A stretch of 64,000 bases of DNA. Source: Chromera velia. Its lineage: Eukaryota. Within the stretch, counting starts at the first letter, position 1. The number at the start of each line of letters is the position of its first letter. The notes beneath the pieces are model-generated. The model did not search any database. It saw only the letters and a list, made by a program, of their open reading frames with translations, and was not told where the DNA came from. The position numbers and the translations under genes are program-made. The stretch spans positions 124,001 to 188,000 of the forward strand of contig JAHBMJ010000443.1 of assembly GCA_018398765.1 (NCBI GenBank). Direction: 5' to 3'. Positions 12,292 to 25,599 of this stretch are shown here, one piece after another.

Positions 12292-13457
12292 ATCCCCCCT
12301 ACCCAATGTGGCAGACGATGTCTAATCGAGAGCCGTCTACCTTCTTTGGGAAAGTCAGTCTTCTCTTCCTTTTCCGTTTCTCTTCAGTCATTGTGTGCTT
12401 TCCACCGCTTTTCTATATGTAAGTGGGGAGCGCGACGATGGAAAGAAGAAAACGACCATATGCACTCAATACTTGCCAGGGCACACTCACGCTGTATGAA
12501 TTTTCTCCTGTCCACATGTGTTGTCGGGGAGGTTGTGAGCGATTTTCAATGCCCCCCCCACACTTTGGCCTTCGTGTATCGATCGTACAAGTATGCATGC
12601 AACACTGTCACAGTACATACATATATATACATCTTCCGTTTTGAGATTCGCTCCCTGATGCATATATACATATATATACATATATATGTATGTGGGTGCA
12701 TGTGTGTGACTGTGTGACTGCAGGATGGGAGGGAAGTGATCCCTCCATCTCTATAAAGAGTCAGATTTGAAGGAGGCCCCAGAGAAGTACAAACACGTAC
12801 GTAGGAAAGATTTGCGTCGAGCTTAGCTTTCATTTACTGCATGCATGGGTGTCTTCTTTTAAGGGTGCTTCCCGTATGCACAGCACATGGGTGCGTGGCA
12901 TGTCTCGATCGTTCTGTGCGATCGAATTGATGCCGAAGCAGCAGAGGACAATGTCTCGATCTGCATGAGTTCGTCTGCGACTCTTTCTCTCCCAATGGCT
13001 GTGCAAACCTCCATGCATGCGTTGACTTTGAGGTTTTCCAAACCTTGATGGTTCCTTTGACGCCCTTGGTCCATGCTTTGCTTTTTCGTTTTTTCAATCT
13101 GTTGGTGTATGCGTCCACCTATGTCTTTCTGTTGCCTTTTGTCGTGCAACCATTGATTTGCTCACTCCCTTATTATCACAAAAATGTCGTGCGTGCGTAC
13201 GTGCAGTCACTCCCCTGGAGATGGTGGTGCACTGGGGGAAAAAGGATAATAGACCCACCATGGCAAACAGACAACCACCAAACAAGCGCTTGATCAGTCC
13301 AGGACTTTCCTTGCGACAAGCCCTGCTGGTACCCTGATCAAGCTTGAAACCGAACTGAAGGCATGTGACGTTGCCAACAAACGTATGATTCCCTCCCCCA
13401 AGTTCTAGAGAGTCTTTCTGAGAGGGTCACTCTCTCCCCTCCAGTTCTCTTTTACAG

Positions 13458-13912
13458 AGATACAATCACTGATGGCTTCTTTCAGTACCAACCTGGGAGT
13501 GGCAAGTGGTTTCGTGGTTTACGACACTCTGATAGATAAGCTCAAAGCCGACTTGACTGAGCAAAAGACGGTGGTATTGCGACAGATCTTCCAGAAAAGA
13601 CTCAAACCAGACAGACACAACGTCGCCGCGTTCAGAGATGTGTGGAAAGCCCTGAACCCCGAGAGGCACCCGGAAGTTGTGAGTCAAAAGAAAACGGCTT
13701 CCACATTGCTCAGAGAGATGCAAGAGCAGCTGGAGGGCGTGATGGCCTTCCGTCGGGGGAGCTTGGTACAATTCAATAAGTGCGTTTCATGGGAGGAATT
13801 TTTGGATTTCTATCGGTTCACGTGCGCGTGCTCAGTAGAGAGAAGAGAAGCACTGATTCCGATTCTGGTCTCCATCTGGGATCTTGACATCGCCCCTGCA
13901 AGAAAGGATTGA
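13458..13912 (+). CDS. Terminal exon or fragment of a calcyphosin-like (degenerate EF-hand) protein
   Basis: LNPERHPEVVSQKKTASTLLREM...CVSWEEFLDFY...ILVSIWDL resembles the calcyphosin C-terminus (xxxHPxVxxGxKT...VTxEEFxxYY...xW). It is preceded by the acceptor tttacag. Upstream exons are not resolved. Confidence 0.5.
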
Positions 13913-14902
13913 CCCGTCCCTTCTCCCCGTAGACACCCACGAACTAAAAACGAAACGGCTCGACCCGATTGATGCAGAGCCTTTCTTAAAAGAGGCGATG
14001 CTCAGAGCCGCGGTCGCTCAGTCGGCAGAAAGAGAGGCAGAGGCGGAGGGAGAGGGAGACGGCAAGTGGATAAAGGGTGCGCAAACAGACAAAGAAAGAG
14101 ATTTGATAGGCATGAACGTGCACCCGATTGACGGAGAGCCTCTCTCAAAAGAGGTGATGCTCAGAGCCTCCGAGTCCCCAGCCATGCACCTAGATAGTCA
14201 TCCTAACTTTGCCTCTTCCCTAGAGGGGGCAGTAGCCTAAGGCGCAGGAGCCTCCCTGTCTCCTTCTCCACCCGCAGATGCTGCAAAAGAGACTCTATGT
14301 CCGAAGGAAAATGGGGCACGAGGGGAGGGGCCCCTGTCTGAGGCTGACAGCGGTCTGATGGACCAGAAGAGTAACAAAAGTCAAGCAATCCACCCTCAAA
14401 AGAATTTGAAAGAACAAACATCTCTCTCTGACCCAGGTGATACCATGGACACCTCCCGATCTGGAGAGGCATTTTCCAAATTGGAGATGCGGAGCAGCAG
14501 CAGCACAAAAGACTCTCTCGAGAAAAGGGAGGTAGAGGATGGAAGGGTGGAGGCTTCCGGAGTTGGAGCAAAAGAAGACAAGCTTCACCCCACAAAGATC
14601 TGCGACACAGTAGCAGACGATGAAGCGCAAAAGCCAAGTGAAGCGGTGAAGCCCACTGACTCTCACCCTCACCCTGCCACCCAGCCACATCTTCCCGCCA
14701 ATGGTCGGTCCATTTGGTTTGCTTTCTTTCAACATTTGGCTTCTTTCTTCTGATTTGCTTGCTTGGCCTGCATGTTGCAGCTGCGGGAGCTCTCAGACTT
14801 TCTTTACTCTTTACAGAGCAAGCGAACAGCCATGCCCACTGCTGATTATTCTACGTACAAGACTTCTTGTGCGTCTCTGAATGGACTTTGAATTTGTGAG
14901 CA

Positions 14903-15118
14903 GGTGCCCTGCACCCCGCTATGGATGCCCCTCCCAAGATGCTGAAGCAGTCCGTTAAGATGATGAAGGGAATGTCTCCAGACGACCTGAAGAGAATGCA
15001 GGAGATGGCAGTGAACATGAAGTCCTCGAGGGGGGCAGCAACAGGGGCAGGGGTGCCCAGCACTGCCACCGCTGGTGCAGGCGACTCTCCGTCCTCTTCC
15101 TCTTCCTCCTCAGCAAAG
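14903..15118 (+). pseudogene. Exon-like fragment encoding a Met-rich STI1-like peptide (MLKQSVKMMKGMSPDDLKRMQEMA)
   Basis: Flanked by gcag|gtg and aag|gtaagg. The composition resembles STI1/DP repeats. Gene context is unclear. Confidence 0.3.
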
Positions 15119-15840
15119 GTAAGGGGGTGGGAGGGAGGATGGGAATAATTTGATTACTCTAGCTCTCCGCCATTCTTCTGCTCCGAGTCGCTGAAGTGAT
15201 TTCTCACTCGCGATTGTCCGGACGGCTTTAGCGACCGAAGAAGGACGCTTTGCTGTCTGTCTGTCTGTCGGTCGGTCGGTCGGCCTGTCTATCCGACTTG
15301 CTTGAGTGCTTTAAAGTCTTTCTGCTTTCTTTTTGGTTTCTTTCTCTCCCATAATTCTATGCCCCCTTTTTTGTTGCCAAATGAAAAATCTTCTCTGCAC
15401 CTCTTCCTTCCGATCCGTCCCTTCTTTTTGAAATGTCTGCGTCTCTTCTCTTCTCTTCTATCCCCGATCGGGTTCTCCCACCCGGCCACTATTGGTTGCT
15501 CTTTTTTTGCCTTTTTCTGTTTGCAGGGTTCTGTCGAGAGCGAAAGTGCATGCGGCCAGGAGCGCGACTTTTCGGGTTCGGAGACGCTCTTCTCGGAGAC
15601 GGCTGTTGGTTGTGTGGGAGGTAGTATGCAAATCTTTAAGATGAAGGCAGAGAGCATCTGCGCTGCTGCTGCGCAGACAGTGATTCGTCTCTCACAGGGA
15701 GACTGCATGTTGTCTTTTCGTGCGGCAACAACAAGACTGGAGAAGATTGTGGTCGAGGGCTTTATAGCCGTAAGGTTCTTCGCCTTTTCTCTGCGTTCTG
15801 TGAAGACACTCTCATGGCAATGACCGAGAAGAAGTTTTAC

Positions 15841-16899
15841 CCGACAGAAGTCATTGCAATGAGCAGGAACCTTGTCGTGTTTGGAGTTCGGGTGGAAGGG
15901 ACAGAGGAGCCAATGGTTGTCAAGCTCTGACGTGGTGGCGGGCCTTCATCTGCCAAGGTGATGGCTCACATGAAAGCATTTGAGAGAGCACGTGAGGCCC
16001 CGTTCCCTCCCCCAGGCCCCAAGCTCTCCCTCATGTCCCCGCCAGAAATCCTCCCCGTCCCTTCCACAGCGTTTTCTGTAGTGCTTGAAGAGGATGGAGG
16101 CCTAACGCTGTCTGACTTTGATGCCCTCCTAAGGGGAAAGCCCCTCCAGTCCTTCGGTCGTATGTTTCTTCGCGCCGTTCACTGTCTCCATCAGACCGAG
16201 TATGCACACAGAAATCTGAAGCCATCGAAGGTTTTTCCCTCCGGGAAATTGTTCGACTTGGGTTTCGTGCTTCCCTTAGACTGTCTTGAGATGGGAGTGA
16301 AGATTTGGTACGTAGAGGAAAAATTGGAAGAGACAGACGCGTGGGGAACTAGAAAAAACTTCTGTATGCCTCCCGATGCAGCAAAGTTTCTTGGCGTCAC
16401 GGAGGAATTTTTGCTTCCCAACATGCTCTTCACTCTGTCTGGCAAGCTGAACGGATTCTCCACCCCCTTACCTGCGACAGATGTGCCTCCACTCGAGAAT
16501 AGGCAGCGTGTGCATGAAATGGAGGTCTCCCCCCTTAGGGGAAAATCCGCAGATGCATGGGCCGCGGGGTTGACCATTCTCTACGCAGTCACTCTGATGA
16601 GCCTTCCAGCTGTCCTTGGCGTAGAAGGGCGCGTTTTCCAGGGAAAAGCGTGGAAGAACCTGTCCTCTCACAGGCAAGCATATTTCTCTGTGTTGGATCT
16701 GCCGAAACAGCAGAAGTCTGTCAGCCCGAATTCCCCCAGCCAAGTCGTGCCTTGCATTTCAGAAGCATTTCGTAAGGCAGGCTTGGACGTGCGCCTTGCT
16801 GGGCTCCTGGATGTGAGAGCGTTCAAAAGACTCTCTCTTACACAGGCAATGGAGTTGCTCTCTAAGTCTTCTCTCTCTGAAAGTTGCCAGTTTCATTAA
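15841..16899 (+). pseudogene. Degenerate protein-kinase-like sequence
   Basis: Subdomain remnants MVVK (followed by an in-frame TGA at 15928), YAHRNLKPSKVF (HRD->HRN), LFDLGF and ADAWAAGL. No intact Gly-rich loop. Confidence 0.65.
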
Positions 16900-17164
16900 T
16901 TCTGCAGTAACAGATGTCAGATTATGCATGTATGAGTGCTTCGTGACGAGCAAAAAAAATTTATTCGCATTCTCAGAAGGAAGCGGGAGGGCAATTTTGG
17001 CTAGGCAGGATATTTTAGAGGCAGACAATAACGGAGCGAGAGAAGGAGGGAGAAGGAAATTTTTAAATTCAGGGAAGGAGGAACAAAGAGGGTGAGGAAG
17101 GGAACGTTGTTTACTGGTGGGAGCCTCTTCTATTCCGCACTTTGTGAGAACCTCTTGCTGTGAA

Positions 17165-17315
17165 AAACCACGCAGAAACAACCAGAGCCCATGCACCTGT
17201 GACCAGCCCCTCCTCACACTCTCTGAGAGCTTCTTGCAGTATAAGAAGCCACGAGAGAATAACCAGGGCCCATGTACTTATAACCAACCCCCCCCCGCAC
17301 CCTCTGGGAGCTTCA
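17165..17315 (+). repeat. Imperfect ~81-bp tandem duplication
   Basis: aaaccacgcagaaacaaccagagcccatgcacctgtgaccagccc versus aagccacgagagaataaccagggcccatgtacttataaccaaccc. Confidence 0.65.
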
Positions 17316-18255
17316 CGCCATTACTTGCATGGGGAGAGAACATGTGCTAAGAGTAGTGCGTGCCGGTCTGGAAGTCGCCTTTGTTAATGGTTGATGGTAC
17401 ACTGAGCATCGCTTATCTCCTATAGCTGCACAATCACTCTTTGTCCCGTTCTGCTCCGCTCTGACGGAAACCGTGAGACTGCGCAGGATCTGTATATTGA
17501 AGGAGCGTTTTGCCAGTTAGATCTCCTTGATGGAGCGCTCCGACAAAAGCCGCTGTGGAAGCACGAGAGAGAGAGGGGGGGGGAGGGGGTTGTAATCTTT
17601 TCAGAGTGGTCGAAAATGTTGTAAGGAGGCATGGCCCGATTTTCCAGCTGGTCAGTAAGAAAAGGGGGCCTCGAGATTTTCTTTGTTGACCTCTTATGTG
17701 ACTCTCTATTTCTCTGGTCTCGATTTAGTCTCCCTGCTTTCTTTTCAGTGCCTGACTACCCCCTTACATGTTCCCATGTGTACATAACAACTTGTATGTA
17801 CGGGGTAATGTCTGTCTGTTTCCTCATAATGAAGCCTGACAGTCTTTTTGTGGCACCACATTGTGTTTGCTGCGGAGCTTTATGAGCTGTCACGGTGGTT
17901 GCAAACCTTAAGATAATTCTGTGGCGCATTCATTCATGTGATCAAACTTGCATGCAGTGTGTGATGGCCGCAAAACATCCCAACGGTGCTTCCAGGAAAG
18001 GCACTTCTCGGGCTGTTTGCTCCGAGAAGCAAACAGAGTGTCTTAGCGGTGCTGCAGCTCCCCTCACCCAAGGACTCAAGGGCGGCACTGCGATTTAGAG
18101 AGGCAGGTGGAAGCTCGAACGGCATCACAGAAGACCATCCATATTGAAAACATACAGCGCTGCGGGTAGGGGACAGAATTAAGTTCTGATGATATGCTTA
18201 CCTACATCCTTCGCAGGGATTTGGTGCGTGCCATAATTCTTTCTAGGGATTGCTG

Positions 18256-18339
<84 letters not shown>

Positions 18340-18434
18340 GTATATGTGTGTGTGTGTGTGTGTATGTATGTGTGTGCGCGTGTACGCGTATATATGTATG
18401 TGTGTGTATGTGTGTGTATGTGTGTGTGTATGTA

Positions 18435-18467
<33 letters not shown>

Positions 18468-18470
18468 ATG
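18256..18470. repeat. Compound (CT)n/(GT,GTAT)n microsatellite
   Basis: Directly visible. There is also a GGCA/GACA tract at 19814-20131. Confidence 0.95.
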
Positions 18471-19812
18471 TTCGTAGCATGCCTTTCCTTGCCTCTTACC
18501 TTTCCGTGCCTTGCCGTTCAATCAAGTCCATACCAGGGTTTCTGTTTATCAGCTCATTCAGAGCTGCACCATATCTGTGTACGTGTGAATGACAGCAGAT
18601 CAGCTTCTACAAGCTCGAGGAGAGGAAAAGCGTCTGAAAAGTTGCAGTCTGTGAAAGTCTGTCTTCTCTCATTCATTTATTCATTCATTCTTTCTCTCTT
18701 TCTTTCTTTCTTTCTTTCTTTCTTTTTCTTTTGTTTCTCCCTGTGTTCTCCTCTTTTTTTGTGTTTCTCTCTGTTGTTTTCCGTCTCTCTGAATCTACAT
18801 TGTTCTATTATTTCTCCCTTTTCCTGCCTGTGTCTATCTGTCTGTCTGTTTGGCTTTTTGTCTGTTTACCTGTTTGCCTGTCTTTCTGTGTTTCCTTCTT
18901 TCTTCCTCTCCCTGTCTGTGTGTCTGTCTCTCTTTGTATTTTTATTTCGTTTCCAAATCGCATGTGAAAGAGAAAAGAAAAAAAATGAAGACAAGAAGAA
19001 AAAGAGGTGTGATTCCTTCTGCCCTCCACGAGTGTTTTGCTCACCTAATTCCCGGAGACCTCCTCTCTTCTCTTCCATCCCACCCCTCCGGCCTGCAGGG
19101 CCCGTCTGAGAAGGGCCGCTATGCTACCTCAAGCAGGGGTGGTTTCTTTGGGACTGCATGGGTGCATTCACTGCGATCCGAGTTCTTCCCCATGGAAAGG
19201 ATTTCTGCTCGACCTCCACGTCATGGTCAGCACAGATGCAGAGAAGTCGAGGCAGCTGCTCTGTCAGTCATTGAGTCATATAATGATTTATCTGGCTGTC
19301 TTTCATGCTTTCACTCACTCACTTACTTATTTACTTGCTCGCTCTCTCACTCTCTCACTCACTCACTCACTCACTCACTCTCCAGCGTCTGAAACCTAGT
19401 CCTTTCTCTCAGTCCTCTAATTGCTCATCCAGTCGTTGCCTTCCCCCCCCTCTCTTCTGAGTGAGACAATTGAAGGATCATTCAAGATTCAGCAGCTTAT
19501 GCACCAGGGCATGCATTATCACTCCTGTGAAGATGGTTAAAGACGTCCTGACTCCAAGATGTCCCGCGCGAACCTCCATCGACATGTTTCTGCGCGGGTG
19601 TGGATTGCATGTTGCCTTCCCCATGCGCTGCAGTCGCTCACTTGTGTCTTGCCCATCGTTCTTCTCTTCTGACATCATGCAGGTCTCATAAGAAGAAGAA
19701 CTCATGATGATGATGACAGAGAGAGGAGAGAGCGGCTCTCTATTCGACCGACTTTGCTGAGCAGAGGACTCGACTGCATGGACGGACGAGGCAGCTAGAG
19801 TGAGTTCTTCTT

Positions 19813-19843
<31 letters not shown>

Positions 19844-21521
19844 ATAGAAGTCCACTCATACATGCACTCGTACGCAGAAAGACGCATATATATACACACA
19901 TATGCACACAGATAGAGAGGGAGAGAGGTTAGACAGCCATGTGTATACAGTTGGACGGCCAGAAAGACAGACAGACAGACAGACAGGTAGACAGACAGAC
20001 AGACAGACATGCAGGCAGGCAGGCAGGCAGACAGACAGACAGGCAGGCAGACAGACAGACAGACAGATAGACAGGCAGACAGACAGACAGACAGACAGGC
20101 AGATAGGCAGACAGGCAGACAGACAGACAGAGAACCAATACAGTTCTCTCTTCAGTCTTTGTCTCTTTCTCCCCATTTTTTGAAGTGTTTTTCAAAGGCC
20201 CTTTTCTTTGTATTGTTTTGAAAAAGGAAGCACCGGAGGTCTACCTGTGTCAGACAGCGCTGGCCTAACTTAGTCCACTGGATCTTTTGCTGAATCCTCC
20301 CTCCTTTTTGTGATCGACCGAGCTGTGCAGGACGGAGAGCGCCTGACCTCAGGGTTTGGGACGCGAAGCTGTGTGACGTCTTTGGGGTGTGAAGTTGTGA
20401 AGCCTGATTAAAGGAAGGGGAGAAGAGTCCGGAAAGAAGCCTGAGCACTCACACACCCATTCACATACTCTCATGAAGTCATGCACAAACTCATTCCCCG
20501 CCACAGAAAGTGAGAACAAGAGAAAAAACGGAAGTAGAGAGCATCATTCAGACAGATGAAAACGGAAACCTGACCGACAAGTGCAGAGAGAGGAGTGGCC
20601 ATGACCCTCGGAAACGAGGCTCATCCTCCGCCTGGAAATGGGTTTGCATGCTGTGCTGGCGGCTGTCACTGACAACCGGCCCGACTCTTCAGGATTAAGC
20701 AAGGTCAAACTTGTCGGTCAGAAGGCAGAAAGAAGATATCAAAACCAAAAACACAAAAAAATAGATAGAAAGGACGGACCGAGGGGTGCCGCAGAGTGGG
20801 GGACTAGCTACGTTTCTCCACCCGGGGCTTCAGCTCCGTACGGGTTTGCATGCTGCCTCGGAATGAGGGTTAAGGGTAATTTACTTGCCGACCTTTTATT
20901 CGAATAAGGAAAGGCAGGCACAAGCATGGTACTAATGCTGTACAACGGAAACAAAAGAGAACGGAATGGGAGGGGTAGATAGACAGAACTTTCAGCACAC
21001 ATTCACTTCACGCACCCAGGCTCCCAAGCTTACGTACCCCATTTATCCCTCTCTGTGGCCCGGATTCAGTCATAGGAAAGGTCATGAATGTAGAAAAAGG
21101 GTAAAGAAGGGCTGCAGAACTTCAAAAAGCGGAAAGTGAGTCAACGTCTGTGTGTGTGCATCACAAAAAAAGAAGTGAAGGGCCTTCGAGCTGGATTAGG
21201 TGCCTCTTATTTTGGATTTGGCTCTGCATCCATGTGATTGGAACAAAATTTTGCCTGCCTCACTCTCACTCTATCTTGCTTCTCTCCAATGAAGCAGACT
21301 GCAAGGTTGTTTTTTTTTTGCGGTCACGTACCTGATCTCAGGTGAAAAATGCTTCTGCTTTTTGTATTTTCGATAACAGCTCTGTGTGCATTCTCCCACA
21401 GCTTTATATTACAATACATTGGTTTCAAGAGTTGGTCATATGTCTGTTTGTGCCCTCTAATCTTTCTTTGACCTTCTCCCTCTAATCTTCATTCCATTGT
21501 CCCTCTCCTTGTTGTCTCAGG

Positions 21522-22510
21522 TCACTCACAGGTGGATCGAGCGTCTGCTGGTATTGCTGGAGGTGGGTTTGAGTCACCAGATAAAGAAACCCGCAGAGAA
21601 TGAGGCAGCAGGAGGGGCAGCCGAGGCCCCAGAGGAGGGAGCGAGGTAGTCGGGGACCACCCCCCAGAGTCCACTTCTGTTCTTAGACTTCTCCCTTTAC
21701 AGCTCCCCGACTGCTCTGCCTTCTGAAGAGGGTGGGGATGCCAGTGCAGCCCCGTTAGAGCTCTCTCTATCCCTCTCACCCTTCTAAGAATCTCTGAGAG
21801 CCCTTTTTGCAGCTTTCATAGACCAGACCTGTATAGCAGTCGCAGTCCTATCCAAGGCTTCGCATTCAATGCACAAGTGGCTCCTTGCTCCTTTGCTCGA
21901 GGCTAGAGCTGCATGCCGAGAGGGATTTTATGCCAAAGAGCCTGGTGCAGGCTTCAGGTGTTGGAGGGGCCAGTGGGGGGGGTGCAGGATCATTGTCTGG
22001 GCCTCTTCTTGCAGCCCTTGAATTCAGAGCACCAGCAGAGTCGGCTCGAGTTCTCGCGAAAGAACTTTTGTCAGCCTTTGCGTCAGACTCCGAGCTTTTG
22101 GGAGACACCCTGCGAACCCGAATCTTCCAACCACAGCAGTAGCAGCAGCAGCAACAACAGAAGGAGGGGCACGGGCAGAAGACCGCAGGGAAGGGAAAAA
22201 CACTCGGGGCAATGATGACCTTCGAGGTTATTCTCCATCTTCGTCGCAGACCGACATGTGCCATCTCATGTTCTGTAGTCCTCTAGGCAGTGGCTACGGT
22301 GAGTCACGTAGAGAGGATGAAATGAAAGACAAAGATCCTCAGAATGCGAACCAAAAGAAATTCTTCTTCTTCTTCTTCTTCTTCTTCTTCTTCTTCTTCT
22401 TCTTTTTCTTCTTCTTCTTCTTCTTCTTCTTCTTCTTCTTCTTCTTCTTCTTCGTCTTCTTCTTCCTCTTCTTCTTCTTCCTCTCTTTTTCTTCCTCTTC
22501 TTCTTCTTCT

Positions 22511-22541
<31 letters not shown>

Positions 22542-25500
22542 TGTTTCTCCGCTATTGCCAGAAAAGAGTCTCTCTCTGATGTTTCTCACCAAGCCCACAC
22601 TGTTCCCCTCTCTTTATGTCTGCAGAGCTACGCCCATGTCTCTGCTGGTCTGGCTTCTTTCGATGCCTGCATGCGCACGGCCTCCGAGGCACCGACCTGG
22701 GCGGGTACAATTGCCAGACTGCCCGCCGTAAAGATTGCGGCACCTGACAACCCAAGAGTCTCCGAGGAACCTGCTGACGTCTTCTTGTCCCTCGCATAGG
22801 CTGTAGGAGAACAGGTGTAGCAGTTCTCTCGAATCCCCAAAGAGTTCGGTATGGGGCTCTTCTGGGTCTATCTGGCGCCTGTGAGAATGAACCTGTTAAG
22901 AATTCCCGCAGGTCTTTATCATTGTGTCTTGAAGACTTTCCCTGTCTGGCTAGATCGTCAACTGGACATTCTCAGGGATTGGGTGAAGGACTGCGAGGGC
23001 CTCGCTCAAGGTCATGCTGAGAAGGTGGAAGAGTTTCTAGACCAGAAAGCCAAAGTGAGTGCTGCTGCAGAGGTCGCAGAAGTAGAGGCCATGAGGTTGA
23101 GGCAGCTGTCTGCCCTCAAGCTTCTTGCAGAGTCCCTAAGGATTGTCTGGTTTGATAGACAACACGAGAGAAGCCTGACCACCAAAATGGATGTTGAACA
23201 GACCAAAAATCTCTTAGAGGTCTGTCAGCAACTCATTATTCCCCCCCCTTCCCCCCTCTCTCTCTCTCTCTCTTACTCTTTCTTTGTTCCATATAGTTAG
23301 AAAGTCCGCATTCGAAGCATCCTTAATGGCTATCTGTTTTCACGTCTATGTATCTATCAGCCTCTGGCACTTCTCTTCTTCCTCCTTTTTGGTTGCTTTC
23401 ATGATTTACATGTACCTCTGTCTGCTGTTCCTTCCCTATCTTCTTATGTACAGGTCAAAGTGACAGAGATAGAGGCCGAGAAGCACATCTTTGTGGCAAG
23501 TTTCCAACGCGCGTTCCCCGTGTTGAGGCAATTGCTGGAAAATTTGTAAGAGAGGGCAATGGCCGTTTCTCTCTTCTCCCTCCGCGCTGCCGAAGGTCTG
23601 TCCTCTCCGACGGACAGGAACCCTCTGGAGGTCTTTGCCATTTATTTTACAGTGGAAAATCCTGTGCAGTTGCGCACAGAGGGTCTTCTGAAGGGGAGAA
23701 GCAAACGGAAGCAGAATACCACAGGAGCACATTGTTGTCGATCCACCTAACAAAATCGAAGCTGCTCGCTCACACACAGGAACCGTTAGAAAGTCTTGCG
23801 GCTTTGAGATCACGACTGGACGAGCTGTCAACGTCTGTTGAGAGGAATTTGGAGTTTGCGGAGCGACTCAATCTTGCCATCAACGCTCATACATCAAGAA
23901 ATTTTTCTTTACTAGCCGAAGTCCCAAGGCAGGCAGAGGCTAGAGCCTAAGAGAAAGTCAGTCGGTCACTCTTTTTCTTCTGTTTCGAGAGAAGGTAAAG
24001 CTGAGAGACAGAATTTTTCAATGAAGAAAAAAGAGGAATGGAACAGGGCTTTTGCGGCTGATGATCATCTTTGTCATTTTGTAAGGGTAAGCTGTGTCAG
24101 CATTCAAATTTTGTTGTGGATGGAGATTGAGGGGAGAAATGGAGGAGGTTCCACTGAAGCAAGACGAGGAAGAATTTATTCTTGTGAAGGCCATTGAGGT
24201 TCGTGATTGCCTCTTGTCGCTTTCTCTTGCCGGTGTCGCTACTTCAAACTGCTTGCAGCAGCCTCATTTGTTGTGAGAGCGAATAACGTCTACTGTCTGT
24301 CTATGAGACCCAATCTTGTGTCTTACAAGACTTTTTTCAGTGAAGAACAACTCAAGCGAGACACTTTTGTCGGCTCGAGTCCTTTCTATCTTTCTCTACT
24401 ACATCATCTCTCCATCCATTCATTCGTTCATCTTTTCAATCATCCATCCATGACAGATGCTCAGAAATGCTGTGTATTTCTCTTGCTTGCTCTACACTGC
24501 TCATGTCTATCTCTTCTCAATTCTTTTACAGGCAGGCCACCGTCCCAAGCATGCAGACTGTTTCCCTGCAGAGGACGGGACCAACTTCGCAGCGTTGCTC
24601 GGAGACTTCTTCCCCTCCGTGTGTGAGGCTGACGATTCCAGTGAGAACACAAATAGCAACATAGATGCACAGCAGCAGGCCCCAGGGAAAGGGAAACGAA
24701 CACCAGCGAGGAGGGAGGGGGAGAAGAAGATCCATCGTGCTTGACCGCCGAGGAGGCTGGTGGGGAGACGGCGCGGCAGAGGCAGAGGCCGAAAAGGAGA
24801 AAAAGAAGGCACTCATGAAAATTAATGCTGCGGGGAGTTGCCGGACTGGCGGAGGAAACTTTGGGCCTTCCCTCTCGGATCATGAAGCAGGCAAGTTCCT
24901 CCCTTTTTCCCCCTGCCCTTCAGTCCTCCCTTTATTCCTTCCTCTAACCTCCCTCCGTCATCTCCTTCTCTTCACATCTGCTTGAAAGCTCCTCTCAATT
25001 ATCACTTCCTCGCTTCAATCTGTCTTAACGGATTTCTTCTTCTGATTCCGGGACGATACCAATGTATCTTGAGCAGAAGACATCAGTACATCGACTGCGA
25101 ACCCAGCTCAAAAGTTCTTGATTTTGTTCTTCCTGTAGATTTGTCTGTGACTGTGTTTTCTGATCGGTCTGTATCTCTCCCTATTCATTTCCCTCGAAGT
25201 CCCTCTCTCTCTGCAGGGTGCATCCTTGACGGCCGTCCATAGCCTCACTTTCTTCGTCCGTGCTGACGCGGACAGACGTGATTGAAGAGAAAGCCCTTCA
25301 GCTCTTTGCAGTGCAGAACCTGCGGGCAGGCTGCGTGGTGGTTGGGGAGATGGGCAGTGGGAAAAGCTGTGTCTGCCGGGTCCTCCAGGTGGCTCTTTCT
25401 CCAGTTGCATCCACAATGCTTTGCCACAGGATTGTTATCGTGCATGTGTGGGCCGGCTGTGAAGATAGCAGCTTCGAAGATGAACTTGAAGAAATTAAAT

Positions 25501-25580
25501 TCAACATTGTGCAGTGGTCTGCCAGTGGGCAAAAAACTTTACTGAATCTGGAGATTGAAGCACATCCTCTTATACAATAG
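21522..25580 (+). pseudogene. Multi-exon RNF213/mysterin-like AAA+ ATPase fragment, pseudogenised and truncated
   Basis: Exon-like blocks between tcag/gcag acceptors and gt donors, with in-frame stops (22140, 22797, 22818, ~23547). The last block reads LTRTDVIEEKALQLFAVQNLRAGCVVVGEMGSGKS...RIVIVHVWAGC. This matches the RNF213-type pattern LTxDNxxK...PVxIxGETGCGKT...VHGG. There is also F.CRC...VYCL...PNLVSY at about 24220-24330. Confidence 0.5.
22361..22540. repeat. (CTT)n microsatellite, intronic
   Basis: Directly visible. Confidence 0.97.
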
Positions 25581-25599
25581 CCTGAGACTCCACTTGATT

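Noticed and set aside
19090..19265. Isolated exon-like segment (gcag|...|gtcagt)
   Set aside because: No recognisable product and no linkable neighbouring exons.
22256..22598. Poly-F/S/R/K ORFs
   Set aside because: Artefacts of the (CTT)n tract.
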